This document shows, one piece after another, positions 15,603 to 24,485 of a stretch of DNA of 64,000 nt. A program made the translations under genes and the position numbers. Source of the DNA: a virus (taxonomy: Duplodnaviria; Caudoviricetes); the IMG/VR virus record IMGVR_UViG_3300025018_000137, positions 1 to 64,000 of that record; one strand, 5' to 3'. The notes beneath the pieces are model-generated. The model was not told where the DNA came from. It saw only the letters and a list, made by a program, of their open reading frames with translations, and did not search any database. Position 1 is the first letter of the stretch, and the number at the start of each line of letters is the position of its first letter.

Positions 15603-16286
15603 TTACTCGAATCGGATTGAAATCGACTTCACAATTTCCTCTGGTTGAATGGTGACGCTGCTCCGCAAGGTATCTGCACGGGATTTGGCGAGTGAATCCT
15701 TCGGCCCCTTCGGGTAGTCAGAACCTAGAACCGCTCGCCCGTACATCATCGCGGAGAACGCGTCTGCTTTGTCGAAATCAGTGAACGCTTTGTCCCATTC
15801 TTGCTTGAGAAATTTTGTTACTTCACCTTTCGAGGCATTGCCTTTCCCGGTGATGAACTTCTTCAAGGTCGATGGGGGAACGACGATTATAGGGATGTCA
15901 TCCGAAAGCACAAGGTGTTTCGTGAGGCCAGTCATTTCGGCTATCTGGGTCATCCGACTGCTGGCCCCCTTGACGGGCATACCAAAGGCGTAGCCCTCCA
16001 CGCAGACGGCATCTAGCCTTCTAATCTGTAGAACTTCCCACACTGCATGGGCAATGATGACGTTCCGGAGGGTATTGTCCGAGAAGCCCTCTACGTTCAC
16101 CGTTTTGGTCTGGACGGTACCTTCAGCGTCGACGTAGGCCATGCCCGTACTGGTCAGGGACATATCTAGGCCGAGAACTGCCGGGTCATTCGATGGAGAA
16201 GCAGGTGCTGACGAAGGGGCACGTCTTCGCGCGGGAAGAGTCTTCGGACTTGCAGTGCCGCCGGGCCGGGATTTCCTTGGTCTCAT
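15603..16286 (-). CDS. RuvC-like Holliday junction resolvase
   Basis: VLGLDMSLTSTG, VCVEGY, E..G..K, PSTLKKFITGKGNASK, DKADA. Start tentatively revised to ATG 16286. Confidence 0.85.
   Translation of the reverse strand: MRPRKSRPGGTASPKTLPARRRAPSSAPASPSNDPAVLGLDMSLTSTGMAYVDAEGTVQTKTVNVEGFSDNTLRNVIIAHAVWEVLQIRRLDAVCVEGYAFGMPVKGASSRMTQIAEMTGLTKHLVLSDDIPIIVVPPSTLKKFITGKGNASKGEVTKFLKQEWDKAFTDFDKADAFSAMMYGRAVLGSDYPKGPKDSLAKSRADTLRSSVTIQPEEIVKSISIRFE
15617..15632. promoter_or_regulatory. Palindromic motif, one-mismatch copy TTGAAATCGACTTCAC
   Basis: 25 bp upstream of the TTGACA -35, inside the 3' end of the RuvC-like gene. Confidence 0.6.
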
Positions 16287-17118
16287 GGTACTTCCTGATT
16301 GCGGCAGCTTCCGCCAGATAGGGCGCAAGGATGGTATCTGCATTCGAGGTGTCGACCTTGAACTCCAGATAGGGGCTCCCGGTCCTCCACTCCTTGCATA
16401 CGTACAGGATCGAAACCCTGTCCGTGATCTTGTGGCCCGCCTCTCGCGCCAACCACCAATAAAACAGAGCCTGAACCACATGATCCGCCTGCGGGGAGCC
16501 GTTGAGGTCTGCAAAACCAGTCGATGAGATTGATTTCACTTCCGCCAGATGAATTCTTTTGTTGTGAAGGATCGCGAGGTCTGTCGAACCGCTGACCTTC
16601 AGCCCCTCATGCCGCAGCAATATCTCTTCGTACTTCGTGAAGTGCCCGACCCGCCCGCATCCAGTGCACGACTTGTTGTGCTTATTCGCCTTGGCTCTCG
16701 TGCACGGCCCTATGGTCGACGGAGCGTGACAAGTGCATCTCCATCGGCCGAACAGCATCGGGAAGTCTATGACGTTATCCGTCACGAAATCCTGCACTGC
16801 CCTGCCTAGCGCGAAAGTCAGGCGCTGCGACTCCCATATCGGCGAAGCAGGAACCGGGACTGCCGCCGCCTCGGATATCGCGACCATCCGCATGCACTTG
16901 TGAATCAAGTCACTAACGTGGGTGTAATCCCCGTGCCGGAACGAATCGTTAGACGGGCGAGAGGTATGGAAGATGCGCAGGATCGGGTCTTTCACCGAGA
17001 TCGGCCCGATCTGCTGTTCCGAGTCCGCCTTGTTCTGGCGGGCAGCCTGTCTAGGATTAACGGCCGGCGTGCGCCGCTCCACCGTCTTGCCTAGTATCTT
17101 TCTGCGATCAACTGCCAT
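16186..17118 (-). CDS. Cas4/AddB-like PD-(D/E)xK exonuclease
   Basis: HVSDLIHKC, GSTDLAI..LAEVKS, Q...Y, and C-terminal HC.......TCPF cysteines. Confidence 0.75.
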   Translation of the reverse strand: MAVDRRKILGKTVERRTPAVNPRQAARQNKADSEQQIGPISVKDPILRIFHTSRPSNDSFRHGDYTHVSDLIHKCMRMVAISEAAAVPVPASPIWESQRLTFALGRAVQDFVTDNVIDFPMLFGRWRCTCHAPSTIGPCTRAKANKHNKSCTGCGRVGHFTKYEEILLRHEGLKVSGSTDLAILHNKRIHLAEVKSISSTGFADLNGSPQADHVVQALFYWWLAREAGHKITDRVSILYVCKEWRTGSPYLEFKVDTSNADTILAPYLAEAAAIRKYHETKEIPARRHCKSEDSSRAKTCPFVSTCFSIE

Positions 17119-17482
17119 GATTGGATACCAGTTCTTCTAGGTCCGACAGCGATAGGACTGCCAGAGAAGTGAGCGACTTGCCGTTCGTGTCGGCAAACTC
17201 CACAACGATGACCGGAAGCTCGGTAGCAGTGAGCGCCGCATCCGTCAGCTTATCGAACATCGCCCGGGTGACTGAAAAGCTCTTCCGCTGAGTGGTCTTT
17301 GCCTCCACCCGGAAGATGCCGTGAAATCTGGTCACGTCTCCCTTGACGTGTTTGTTGCCGGAGCCCGCCGTTACCCTGCCGCCACCGCGCTTCGCCAGCT
17401 CTTTCTCTTGCTTTTTGGCTCGGCGGTGGCTGAGTCCGTTGCTCCCGCTATACGTGCGCGACAGGAACTGGTCGCGACTCAT
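17108..17482 (-). CDS. Hjc-like PD-(D/E)xK resolvase/endonuclease
   Basis: Start revised to ATG 17482 (ATGA overlap with the recA stop). QEKELAK..GSG..KGDV..RVEAKTT..PVIVVEF. Confidence 0.75.
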   Translation of the reverse strand: MSRDQFLSRTYSGSNGLSHRRAKKQEKELAKRGGGRVTAGSGNKHVKGDVTRFHGIFRVEAKTTQRKSFSVTRAMFDKLTDAALTATELPVIVVEFADTNGKSLTSLAVLSLSDLEELVSNHGS

Positions 17483-18612
17483 TCGTACATCTTCCCGGTC
17501 AACCATGAGACGAAGTAGTCGGGCATCTTCAGGTTCTCTGCCTGACCGGCTATCAGGTACCAGTACAAGGCCCGGTACACATCGCGATTGTCGTTCAAGA
17601 ACACTTCGGCCTGCTTGGCGTTCGCGAAGACGTGATGCTCTTCCCCGAATTCCAAGGTCCACTTCGTGCCTCCGCCAGAGTAGATGCCGAACCGCTTTGC
17701 GTACACGAGGAGGGTTCGAGAGTCGTCGATGTCCCCCGTGGAAATGGCCTCTTCCGGCCTATCCATCCGGCACAGACGGAACTCCCCGGTCCTCGGGCCT
17801 TCATTCAGTTTGTTCTTCTGGACGGTGAAGGAATGCTCGTTCTCCACCATCGTGTCGAAGTCATAGGCTCTGTCCTTGCCGGTTATCTCCTTGTTGCGCA
17901 TGTACCACGTAATCGAGGGGAAGTGCTCTACTGCGTACCCGCCCGGCAGGGTACGATTGTCGCCCTTGAAGACTCCGATCTTGGTGCGGAACTGGTTGAC
18001 GAATAGCACTGCGCATTTGTGCCCACGCATGCGTTCGTGAATCATCGCTACGTTCAGTTTGCGGCACAGCATTCCGATGAGACGAGACTGTAGGCCGACG
18101 TGCGAATCGGACGCCTCGCCCTCTACCTCTCGATTCGGCACAAGGGCGGCGAGCGAGTCGACAATCAGAAGGCTGGTCTCCTGCGAGGATATCGTGGCCT
18201 CGGCCATGTCCACCGCAATCTCGCCAGTCTCCGGCTCGGCGACCAAGATTTTGTCAACGTCTACACCGAGCTTTTCCGCCCACGTAGCATCGAACGTCTT
18301 CTCCGGGTCCAACAGAACTACACGCTGATCCGGGTACTGTCTTTGAGCATTGCCTGCGATCTTCATCGCGATCAGGCTTTTACCCGAGTGCCGGTTGCCG
18401 GCCACCTGAGATATGCGGCCTTCCGGTATCCCGCCGAGTAGCGCGAAGTCCAGAATGAACGCGCCGGTAGATATCCTCTCTGGGGCCTTTGATTCCCTGC
18501 CGCTGCGTATCACGCCATCCCCGTACCGTTTGTCGAAAGCAGCCATAGTAGCGGCCAGCTCTCCCTTAGGGTCCGTGTCCTTTTTCTTGGTTCTTCTCTT
18601 GGGCGTGGCCAT
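17479..18612 (-). CDS. recA: RecA/UvsX-like recombinase
   Basis: Start revised to MATPKRR (18612). STGAFILDFALLGGIPEGRI, GNRHSGKS, LIVDSLAAL, FVNQFR, PGG. Confidence 0.93.
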   Translation of the reverse strand: MATPKRRTKKKDTDPKGELAATMAAFDKRYGDGVIRSGRESKAPERISTGAFILDFALLGGIPEGRISQVAGNRHSGKSLIAMKIAGNAQRQYPDQRVVLLDPEKTFDATWAEKLGVDVDKILVAEPETGEIAVDMAEATISSQETSLLIVDSLAALVPNREVEGEASDSHVGLQSRLIGMLCRKLNVAMIHERMRGHKCAVLFVNQFRTKIGVFKGDNRTLPGGYAVEHFPSITWYMRNKEITGKDRAYDFDTMVENEHSFTVQKNKLNEGPRTGEFRLCRMDRPEEAISTGDIDDSRTLLVYAKRFGIYSGGGTKWTLEFGEEHHVFANAKQAEVFLNDNRDVYRALYWYLIAGQAENLKMPDYFVSWLTGKMYE

Positions 18613-18614
18613 CG

Positions 18615-18965
18615 TTATTCGTCCTCCCCAGGGGCGGCGACCCCATAGTATTCCAGCTCTTGGGTTATCCACCCGCCTACCCGCTCCGCACACTGCCGGA
18701 ACACGTCGTCCGCCCGCTCGGGAACGCAAGGCATAGTCAAGCTCGCCTCGATTCTCAGGCTTTCGTAGTTGCCGGTGTTTCTGGTTACGCCCACGGATGC
18801 GCGGACAAATGCGGGTTCAACGTCAAACAGGATGGCCTCTATCGGCACATCGACTATTTTGTCGTCGACGACTTCTCGGGATACGGTCAGGGTTGTGTGC
18901 ACCATGCCTTGCCCTGTGGCACCCCGAGAAGTCGATTTTCTCCTTCTTGCCGTCGCCTGCGTCAT
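18615..18965 (-). CDS. Hypothetical protein (116 aa)
   Basis: GAGGT SD, tight packing. GVTRNTGNYESLRIE resembles a conserved phage hypothetical. Confidence 0.7.
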   Translation of the reverse strand: MTQATARRRKSTSRGATGQGMVHTTLTVSREVVDDKIVDVPIEAILFDVEPAFVRASVGVTRNTGNYESLRIEASLTMPCVPERADDVFRQCAERVGGWITQELEYYGVAAPGEDE

Positions 18966-18986
18966 ACCTTCACCTCGCGCTAGGCA

Positions 18987-19535
18987 TTAACTGAAAAGTC
19001 TCACCCTCGCCGCATTCACCTCATCCGCAATGCGGGCGACAGTATCTTCGTGGTCTCGCCGGAGATACCGGAAGTGCTGCTCGTGCACTGCCAGAACTCC
19101 TGCGATGGCCTCCAGCTCTTCCCGTAGGTACTGCGGCCATCCGTACGTCGTATCCGAGAAGATCGGAGCCGGGATGCTCTCCGCCTTGATCCACGTACGC
19201 AGGGTGAGCAACGTACGGCCTAGTGCCGCTGCTGCTTCCCGAGACGAGAAAGACTCGGCCATGAACGGCTCCACACCTTCCGCGTGAAGTTCCCGCTCCG
19301 TGCCGTCCCCGAGCAGCCCCTGATCCAAGATCGGGGTCACCTCGACTCGCTCTCTTTCCCGATACGTACGGCGCGACTGCTCTTTCAGCCCTTCTCTCAG
19401 GATGTGATCTGCAGCATACGCCTGCCGTCGGCGTTCGTTACGATTTTGGGCAAGCGCAGCCGCTTGCTGTTCTTTGTGCACTGCGCGGATAGACCGGCGG
19501 CGTTGCACTTCTGCACTTCGTCGGGCATTCGCCAT
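18987..19535 (-). CDS. MerR/excisionase-like HTH DNA-binding protein
   Basis: FSSREAAAALGRTLLTLRTWIKAESIPAP...PQYLREEL. Confidence 0.7.
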   Translation of the reverse strand: MANARRSAEVQRRRSIRAVHKEQQAAALAQNRNERRRQAYAADHILREGLKEQSRRTYRERERVEVTPILDQGLLGDGTERELHAEGVEPFMAESFSSREAAAALGRTLLTLRTWIKAESIPAPIFSDTTYGWPQYLREELEAIAGVLAVHEQHFRYLRRDHEDTVARIADEVNAARVRLFS

Positions 19536-20953
19536 TTGAATATCTCCACATTTGACTTTCCGAAATCCTTCAACCGCTGAGCGAGTTGATGCTCGGCACG
19601 AAAGGACATTACGTCACGGATGGTAACCCATATCGGGGTTAGCTTTCCAGATAACGTCCGAAGGATTCTACCGTGTACTTGAACAAATGCGGCCTTCGGG
19701 GTCACATCGATCCCTGCGTCCAGCCCGGGGACATCGACGCCTTTCGAGAATACTGAGTAGGTAGAAAACACGATCCTTGAGCTGGCCAACCTGTCGTCCA
19801 GCCTTTCCAGCTTGTTCTTGCTCTCCTTCGGTACCAGTACGACCGGAGTGAACACAGTGTCTTTCTGCCAGTGGGGCGGGAACCTGTCGGGGCTCCTATC
19901 CTTGGCGTATCTCCACTTCGTAGTCTTGCCCGTGTACACAACCATCTCTTCCTCGGGCACCCCGGTCATCTCCATCAGGGTGTGAAGCTCCTCCAGATGC
20001 TGAACTCTCGCCCCGATTACCAGAATCTTCCTGTCATGCTCGTACAGCCATTTGATGGCCTGCACGATCATCCAGTTCCGGTCGGGATCGGCGGCAAGCT
20101 CACTGACGAACCTGCCGTCTTTCGGCGAGATGTTCGCGTACCACGTCGGGACGTTGCCTTTGTACTCCAATACCCAGACTTTCGACTGTTGACGCTCTTC
20201 TTTCAGAACTACCCGGTGCTGCCCTACGTGATCCATCAATAGCTTGTTCAGTGCGTCCCTGCGATCGGGAGTGGCCGAAAGTGCCAATCGGTACATAGCG
20301 GGGAACATAGCGAGAACGTTGGAAAACTGCTCCGCCCCGCATACGTGGCACTCGTCGAATATCACCGTTCCGAATCTGAAGAAAAAATCATCAGAGTCGT
20401 ACCCGTCGTCCGCTCTCCGGTAGATGGACTGGACCATCCCGATCACGAAGTCGTAGCCTTCCCATTCGTCCTTGCCACCCCCGATGTAACCGATTTCACT
20501 TTTCTCGTAACCGAACAGGGAAACCAAGGTCGCGATCCATTGGTTCGCCAGCTTTTCCTGATCTACGAGTATCAGGGTCTTCATGGACAGATGGGCCGCG
20601 ATGCAGCAACCCATAACCGTCTTGCCCGATCCGGTGTACGCTTCGAGCACAACATCATGCGCGGGGGGTACTTTGCCGCTAGCCGGGGCGAACAAAGACA
20701 AGACTTGGTTCACGGGGGCCTCTTGATGCGGGCGCAATTCAGGCCAGCTAGGGACTTCGTAATCCATTTCATCCCCGCACAAATCCGGCTCGACACCAAT
20801 CGAGCTGGCGAAGGATCGCGGAGCCAGTAGCCATTGCGATTCGTCCGACCGATAGCCCTTGTGCTCGACAGTGGGCTCGCCCAGCTTCTTTACCGAGTAG
20901 GTCAGTCTCTTGCGGTGCTGGTAGTTGTCTGCGATGTGGGTCAGGCCCTGCAC
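19397..20953 (-). CDS. Superfamily 2 (DExH) helicase
   Basis: ELRPHQ, AYTGSGKT, IFDECH, LSAT, FSKGVDVP, QVHGRILR. Confidence 0.9.
   Translation of the reverse strand: MQGLTHIADNYQHRKRLTYSVKKLGEPTVEHKGYRSDESQWLLAPRSFASSIGVEPDLCGDEMDYEVPSWPELRPHQEAPVNQVLSLFAPASGKVPPAHDVVLEAYTGSGKTVMGCCIAAHLSMKTLILVDQEKLANQWIATLVSLFGYEKSEIGYIGGGKDEWEGYDFVIGMVQSIYRRADDGYDSDDFFFRFGTVIFDECHVCGAEQFSNVLAMFPAMYRLALSATPDRRDALNKLLMDHVGQHRVVLKEERQQSKVWVLEYKGNVPTWYANISPKDGRFVSELAADPDRNWMIVQAIKWLYEHDRKILVIGARVQHLEELHTLMEMTGVPEEEMVVYTGKTTKWRYAKDRSPDRFPPHWQKDTVFTPVVLVPKESKNKLERLDDRLASSRIVFSTYSVFSKGVDVPGLDAGIDVTPKAAFVQVHGRILRTLSGKLTPIWVTIRDVMSFRAEHQLAQRLKDFGKSNVEIFKWRMPDEVQKCNAAGLSAQCTKNSKRLRLPKIVTNADGRRMLQITS
20484..20499. 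promoter_or_regulatory. Palindromic motif, one-mismatch copy ATGTAACCGATTTCAC
   Basis: Inside the helicase coding sequence. Confidence 0.5.
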
Positions 20954-20954
20954 T

Positions 20955-21062
20955 TCATCTACCTCTGTTCCGGCTCTGGTCCGACGGCGCGTTGTAGTGC
21001 ACGTCGCGGACTCTTGCCCGGAGCCTTTTCTCTCGATTCGCCCGGATACGCACGTAGCGCAT
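20955..21062 (-). CDS. Possible 35-aa Arg-rich peptide (not in ORF track)
   Basis: AGGAGG-aagc-ATG; MRYVRIRANREKRLRARVRDVHYNAPSDQSRNRGR*. Fills the SSB-helicase gap. Confidence 0.4.
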   Translation of the reverse strand: MRYVRIRANREKRLRARVRDVHYNAPSDQSRNRGR

Positions 21063-21111
21063 GCTTCCTCCTAGACGGGGCGGCTAGGCCAATTCCTGCC
21101 GCCCCTGTTCC

Positions 21112-22254
21112 TCAACGACGGCCTTTACGAGCAGCCGGACGAGCAGCCGGTCGGACTGCGGGTCGGACACCGGCCCGGCGACGAGGCGGGGCTTCTTCAA
21201 CCTCCTCTTCGGCCTCCTCTTCAACCTCCTCTTCGCCTTCTTCCTCGGCCTCCTCGTCACCTTCCTCCCATTCCTCTTCCGCCTCTTCGTCGGCGCTGTT
21301 CCATGCCTCGTCCGTCACGCCTTCGTCATCCAGCTCCGCGTCTTCGGTGGCACGAGAGCCCGGACGCGGCCGGCCTCCTACAACCTTCAGGAGCTGGTCG
21401 TACGTCATGGGAGGGAACACCTCATCGTAGTCGACGGGCTGCGAGGCGTCTTCCTGTATCGTCTTGCCCTCACGGTTGGTGTACTCGCGAACGTACTCCG
21501 ACAGTTCGTCTTCAGACATGAATCCAACCAGATCAATGTCCGACCCTGTGTTCGGAGAGCGCTGATCGTCGCGGAAAATCTTGACGATGGCACCGCGCAT
21601 CGAGCCGTTGTTGCCGTCGCGTACGGCGGAGCTGTCCTGCATCCGAGTCCACTTCGGCTGCATACCGAGCTTGACTCTCATCAGCTTCCGGCTGAACGCT
21701 TCGTTGCCGTCCTTGTCCTCGTAGAACGTAAGGATCGTGAAGATCATCACGTAGGACGGGTGGGAGTCCGGGGCGTTCTCGCACACCGGGCAGAACTCGC
21801 CGTCGTCCGGAGCTTCGAGGCACGGTACGAACTTGGTCGGCCGGTTCTGATTGTTCGGGTCCGGGAGTGCGTGCTCGTGACGGTAGAAGGTGTCGATCGC
21901 TTCGTCCAGAACGACAATCTCGACCTCTTCTTCTGGCGGCATCCAGAAGGACCAAGGGACGTTCGATTGCAGCTTAGCGGCTTCCCGCCGTTCTTCCATC
22001 TTCTTCCGCTCTTCCTCGGCCCGGGCTCGACCCGCACTACCGCCGTAGTTACGGGTAGTAGGTCCGGTCGGTGCTGCGGCGGCTTTGCGGCTCCGCGCCA
22101 CTGCCGGGCGGCGACCTGTCGGGTTTGCTGCGGGTGCGCTTGCGGACTCGGCCCGTGCGCGTCGTGCGGGTCCAGCGGCTGGACGGGCGGTACTCCGCGT
22201 CGCAGGCTTCGCTTTCCCACGTACTGCTCGGTTGGGTTTCCGGTTGATGGGCAT
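21112..22254 (-). CDS. gp32-like single-stranded DNA-binding protein with basic and acidic disordered tails
   Basis: FWMPP..FYRHEH..PCL......FCPVCE (Zn-type motif), acidic C-terminal tract, location in the replication block. Confidence 0.7.
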   Translation of the reverse strand: MPINRKPNRAVRGKAKPATRSTARPAAGPARRARAESASAPAANPTGRRPAVARSRKAAAAPTGPTTRNYGGSAGRARAEEERKKMEERREAAKLQSNVPWSFWMPPEEEVEIVVLDEAIDTFYRHEHALPDPNNQNRPTKFVPCLEAPDDGEFCPVCENAPDSHPSYVMIFTILTFYEDKDGNEAFSRKLMRVKLGMQPKWTRMQDSSAVRDGNNGSMRGAIVKIFRDDQRSPNTGSDIDLVGFMSEDELSEYVREYTNREGKTIQEDASQPVDYDEVFPPMTYDQLLKVVGGRPRPGSRATEDAELDDEGVTDEAWNSADEEAEEEWEEGDEEAEEEGEEEVEEEAEEEVEEAPPRRRAGVRPAVRPAARPAARKGRR

Positions 22255-22603
22255 CTTGGCTTCTCCAATGGGTTAGTATCGTTTGCTTCACTTCATCGGC
22301 TAGCAGCATCGCCGTTCTCTTGGTCAACCCAAGAAGGATCAGTCTGTCGATCCTCAAGTCGAAAAAGTCGAACAGTTCGCATTTGCCCCCGTCGATTCCA
22401 ATCGCTACCGGGAAGATGCTTGTGTCGGGAGTTTTTGCCCCGAAGCACGAAACCGGAACGACCATCATCAGGCGAATCGGAAATCTGGTTTTGGTGTGCA
22501 TCTTGGGATCGTTGATCTGATACAGCACTGGTTCCCGATTCAGGACTTTTGCGAAGATGCTGCTTTGCTGGCCCTCTACTGTCGGGGTTTTACCGACCGA
22601 AGA

Positions 22604-22612
22604 ATTATAGCA
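22604..22612 (-). promoter_or_regulatory. Extended -10 element TGCTATAAT
   Basis: Just downstream of the primase stop and upstream of the SSB region. No -35 match. Confidence 0.4.
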
Positions 22613-22630
22613 CACCTCTTCCACCTATCG

Positions 22631-23896
22631 CTATACTCTTTTTTTCAGCTTGACTCTGCCGATCTTCCTTTTGCGCGGACCGCCGGACGCACCAACGACA
22701 CGATTCTTAAGCACGCCAAAGCCCGCATCGGCTGCCGCCTCATAGTAGCCGGCGCTGCTGGCGGTCCACTCTTTGGTGGGGGCTATCCTTAAGCACTCGC
22801 CGACAATTCGATAAGTATCCATCTGCGCTAACGACACTAATTCGGACGGGTCTTTGGCCCCCTCACCCTCCGGAAAATTTCTGGGGGACTTAGTGTGCAT
22901 ATGCCCCCAATCCAAGTAGTCGACTTTCATAGACTGCCCGATCAGGCTCCACGCTTGGATGGCTGCTTTGTAGCCGGCGGCGTCGTGGTCAAACGCCAAT
23001 ACCACCGAATCTGTAATCGTTTGCAACTCTTTGAATTGCTCTTTCGTCAGTCCGCTGTGTAGGCACGCTACTGCAGGTATCCCAACCGCCCGCAGGGCCA
23101 AGTAGTCCATCGGGCCTTCTACTAGATACAGAGACTTCTGGTGTTCGTGCACGGACGCGTAGGAGATCGCATTTTCCCCGGAGAACTCGTCCGCCCCGAG
23201 AAGTAGCCTGCGTTTCTGCAGGCCGAAATAATCCTTCACTTTCATCCGGTGGTCGCGATGTATAGACCGCCCGGTGTAGCCGTACAGTTTGCCGTTCGCT
23301 CCTCGTACCGGGAACAGAATTCGCTGTTCTTCCGGGTCATACTTCAGACGAGAAAGCGCAATATCGGCGTCTGTCTGTCCCCCGCCGCACCAGTACACGA
23401 TAGGGTGAGGGTGATTCCACTGCTGGAGGGACTGGAGCCGTTCGTCTATGAAATTCCACGCCTCGATGTGCTCAGATAGCTCTTCCCACATTCCCTCTAC
23501 TTCTGGTGGCACTTCCTCCATTTCGGTCTGAGCAGGTGACCGAGATGCGGCGCGCTTTCCGGCTCCGATCGAGATTCGCTTCTTCGCTGGCGCACCGAAC
23601 AGCTCGGTGGCGTTGATGTCTTCTAAGAGCGAGTCGTAGCTGATCCCTCGGAAGTCTGCGAGACGGCGGATCAGGAATGAGATGGGGCCTCGGAACCCGC
23701 AGGTGAAGCAATGTCCGACGCTCTTGTCGTCATCGTGGACCGACACACCAAAGCTGGGCCGAAGGTCTTGGCCGCTGTGTTCCCGGACGTGGGGAGCCAG
23801 CGGGCAAGAGCCCATAACCCACTCCTTGTGGGATTTGTCGTCGATGTTCCTGACGCCGAGTTCCGACATCAGCGATACGATTGCTGCTCTATCCAT
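22631..23896 (-). CDS. DNA primase (Zn-binding domain plus TOPRIM)
   Basis: SCPLAPH..HCFTCG, ILFPVR..G, YLVEGPMDYL, LAFDHDAAG. Confidence 0.9.
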   Translation of the reverse strand: MDRAAIVSLMSELGVRNIDDKSHKEWVMGSCPLAPHVREHSGQDLRPSFGVSVHDDDKSVGHCFTCGFRGPISFLIRRLADFRGISYDSLLEDINATELFGAPAKKRISIGAGKRAASRSPAQTEMEEVPPEVEGMWEELSEHIEAWNFIDERLQSLQQWNHPHPIVYWCGGGQTDADIALSRLKYDPEEQRILFPVRGANGKLYGYTGRSIHRDHRMKVKDYFGLQKRRLLLGADEFSGENAISYASVHEHQKSLYLVEGPMDYLALRAVGIPAVACLHSGLTKEQFKELQTITDSVVLAFDHDAAGYKAAIQAWSLIGQSMKVDYLDWGHMHTKSPRNFPEGEGAKDPSELVSLAQMDTYRIVGECLRIAPTKEWTASSAGYYEAAADAGFGVLKNRVVGASGGPRKRKIGRVKLKKRV

Positions 23897-23908
23897 GTCT
23901 GCGCTCCC

Positions 23909-23924
23909 GTGAAATCGATTTCAC
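23909..23924. promoter_or_regulatory. Perfect 16-bp palindrome GTGAAATCGATTTCAC
   Basis: Immediately 5' of the primase SD (GGGAG), 13 bp from the ATG. Overlaps the upstream stop. Confidence 0.8.
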
Positions 23925-24424
23925 TTCTTCTTCGCGCGGCTCGGCTTCTTCACCGGGGTCGCCGAAGTAAACTTGTACTCCACCGGCTTCTTGGCCCCCT
24001 TACGCTCGTCGATCATGTCGTCAAGCTGCAAGGTGCTCAGGAAACGCTTGGCTGACGCCAGCTCGATCTTGCAGGACTGGAAGAACTGATCTTCGGAGAC
24101 CACATCGTAAAACTGGCGCGGGTCGATGGTCCGCACGAGATTGCTTCTCGGGGTGTACATCTCGTGGACACCATGCGCCGTCTTGAACTCTTCGATCCCG
24201 TACCGAGTCATCATGGTACGGGCTTCATCCTGAAGCACGGACAACTCTGCGGTAGCGGTAGCGATCGCCGCCTGCGCCTCCGCGATCCTCTTCGCTACGC
24301 GAGTCAATGCCGCCTTCGCCGGCCCGTCCACCGTCTCTTTGACTCGCTTGCGTCTGGCTACTCCAGCAACTGGAGTGGCGGTTTTCTTCGATATCAGAAC
24401 TCTGCGAGGCGTTGGGGCTGGCAT
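23921..24424 (-). CDS. Hypothetical protein (167 aa, coiled-coil, basic termini)
   Basis: AGGAGGG SD and its own sigma70 promoter. Confidence 0.75.
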   Translation of the reverse strand: MPAPTPRRVLISKKTATPVAGVARRKRVKETVDGPAKAALTRVAKRIAEAQAAIATATAELSVLQDEARTMMTRYGIEEFKTAHGVHEMYTPRSNLVRTIDPRQFYDVVSEDQFFQSCKIELASAKRFLSTLQLDDMIDERKGAKKPVEYKFTSATPVKKPSRAKKK

Positions 24425-24457
24425 GAGGGTTTCCCTCCTTGATTGATCGGCCCGATG

Positions 24458-24485
24458 ATTGTACTTGTCTAAGATTCTTTGTCAA
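24458..24485 (-). promoter_or_regulatory. Sigma70 promoter TTGACA-16-TACAAT
   Basis: ttgacaaagaatcttagacaagtacaat, overlapping the polA stop. Confidence 0.75.

Noticed and set aside
16186-17118. CRISPR adaptation Cas4
   Set aside because: No cas1/cas2 or array. It sits in a RecA/resolvase operon, as is usual for phage Cas4-like exonucleases.
22049-22624. 191-aa ORF between primase and SSB
   Set aside because: It overlaps the SSB gene by about 200 bp, spans a likely extended -10 promoter, and has no recognisable motif. A shorter real gene in 22260-22510 cannot be excluded.
23909-23924. Calling the palindrome a canonical parS or an intrinsic terminator
   Set aside because: The half-site order is inverted relative to TGTTTCACGTGAAACA, the stem is AT-rich with no U-tract, and variants break pairing. 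Kept as an unassigned operator-like motif.
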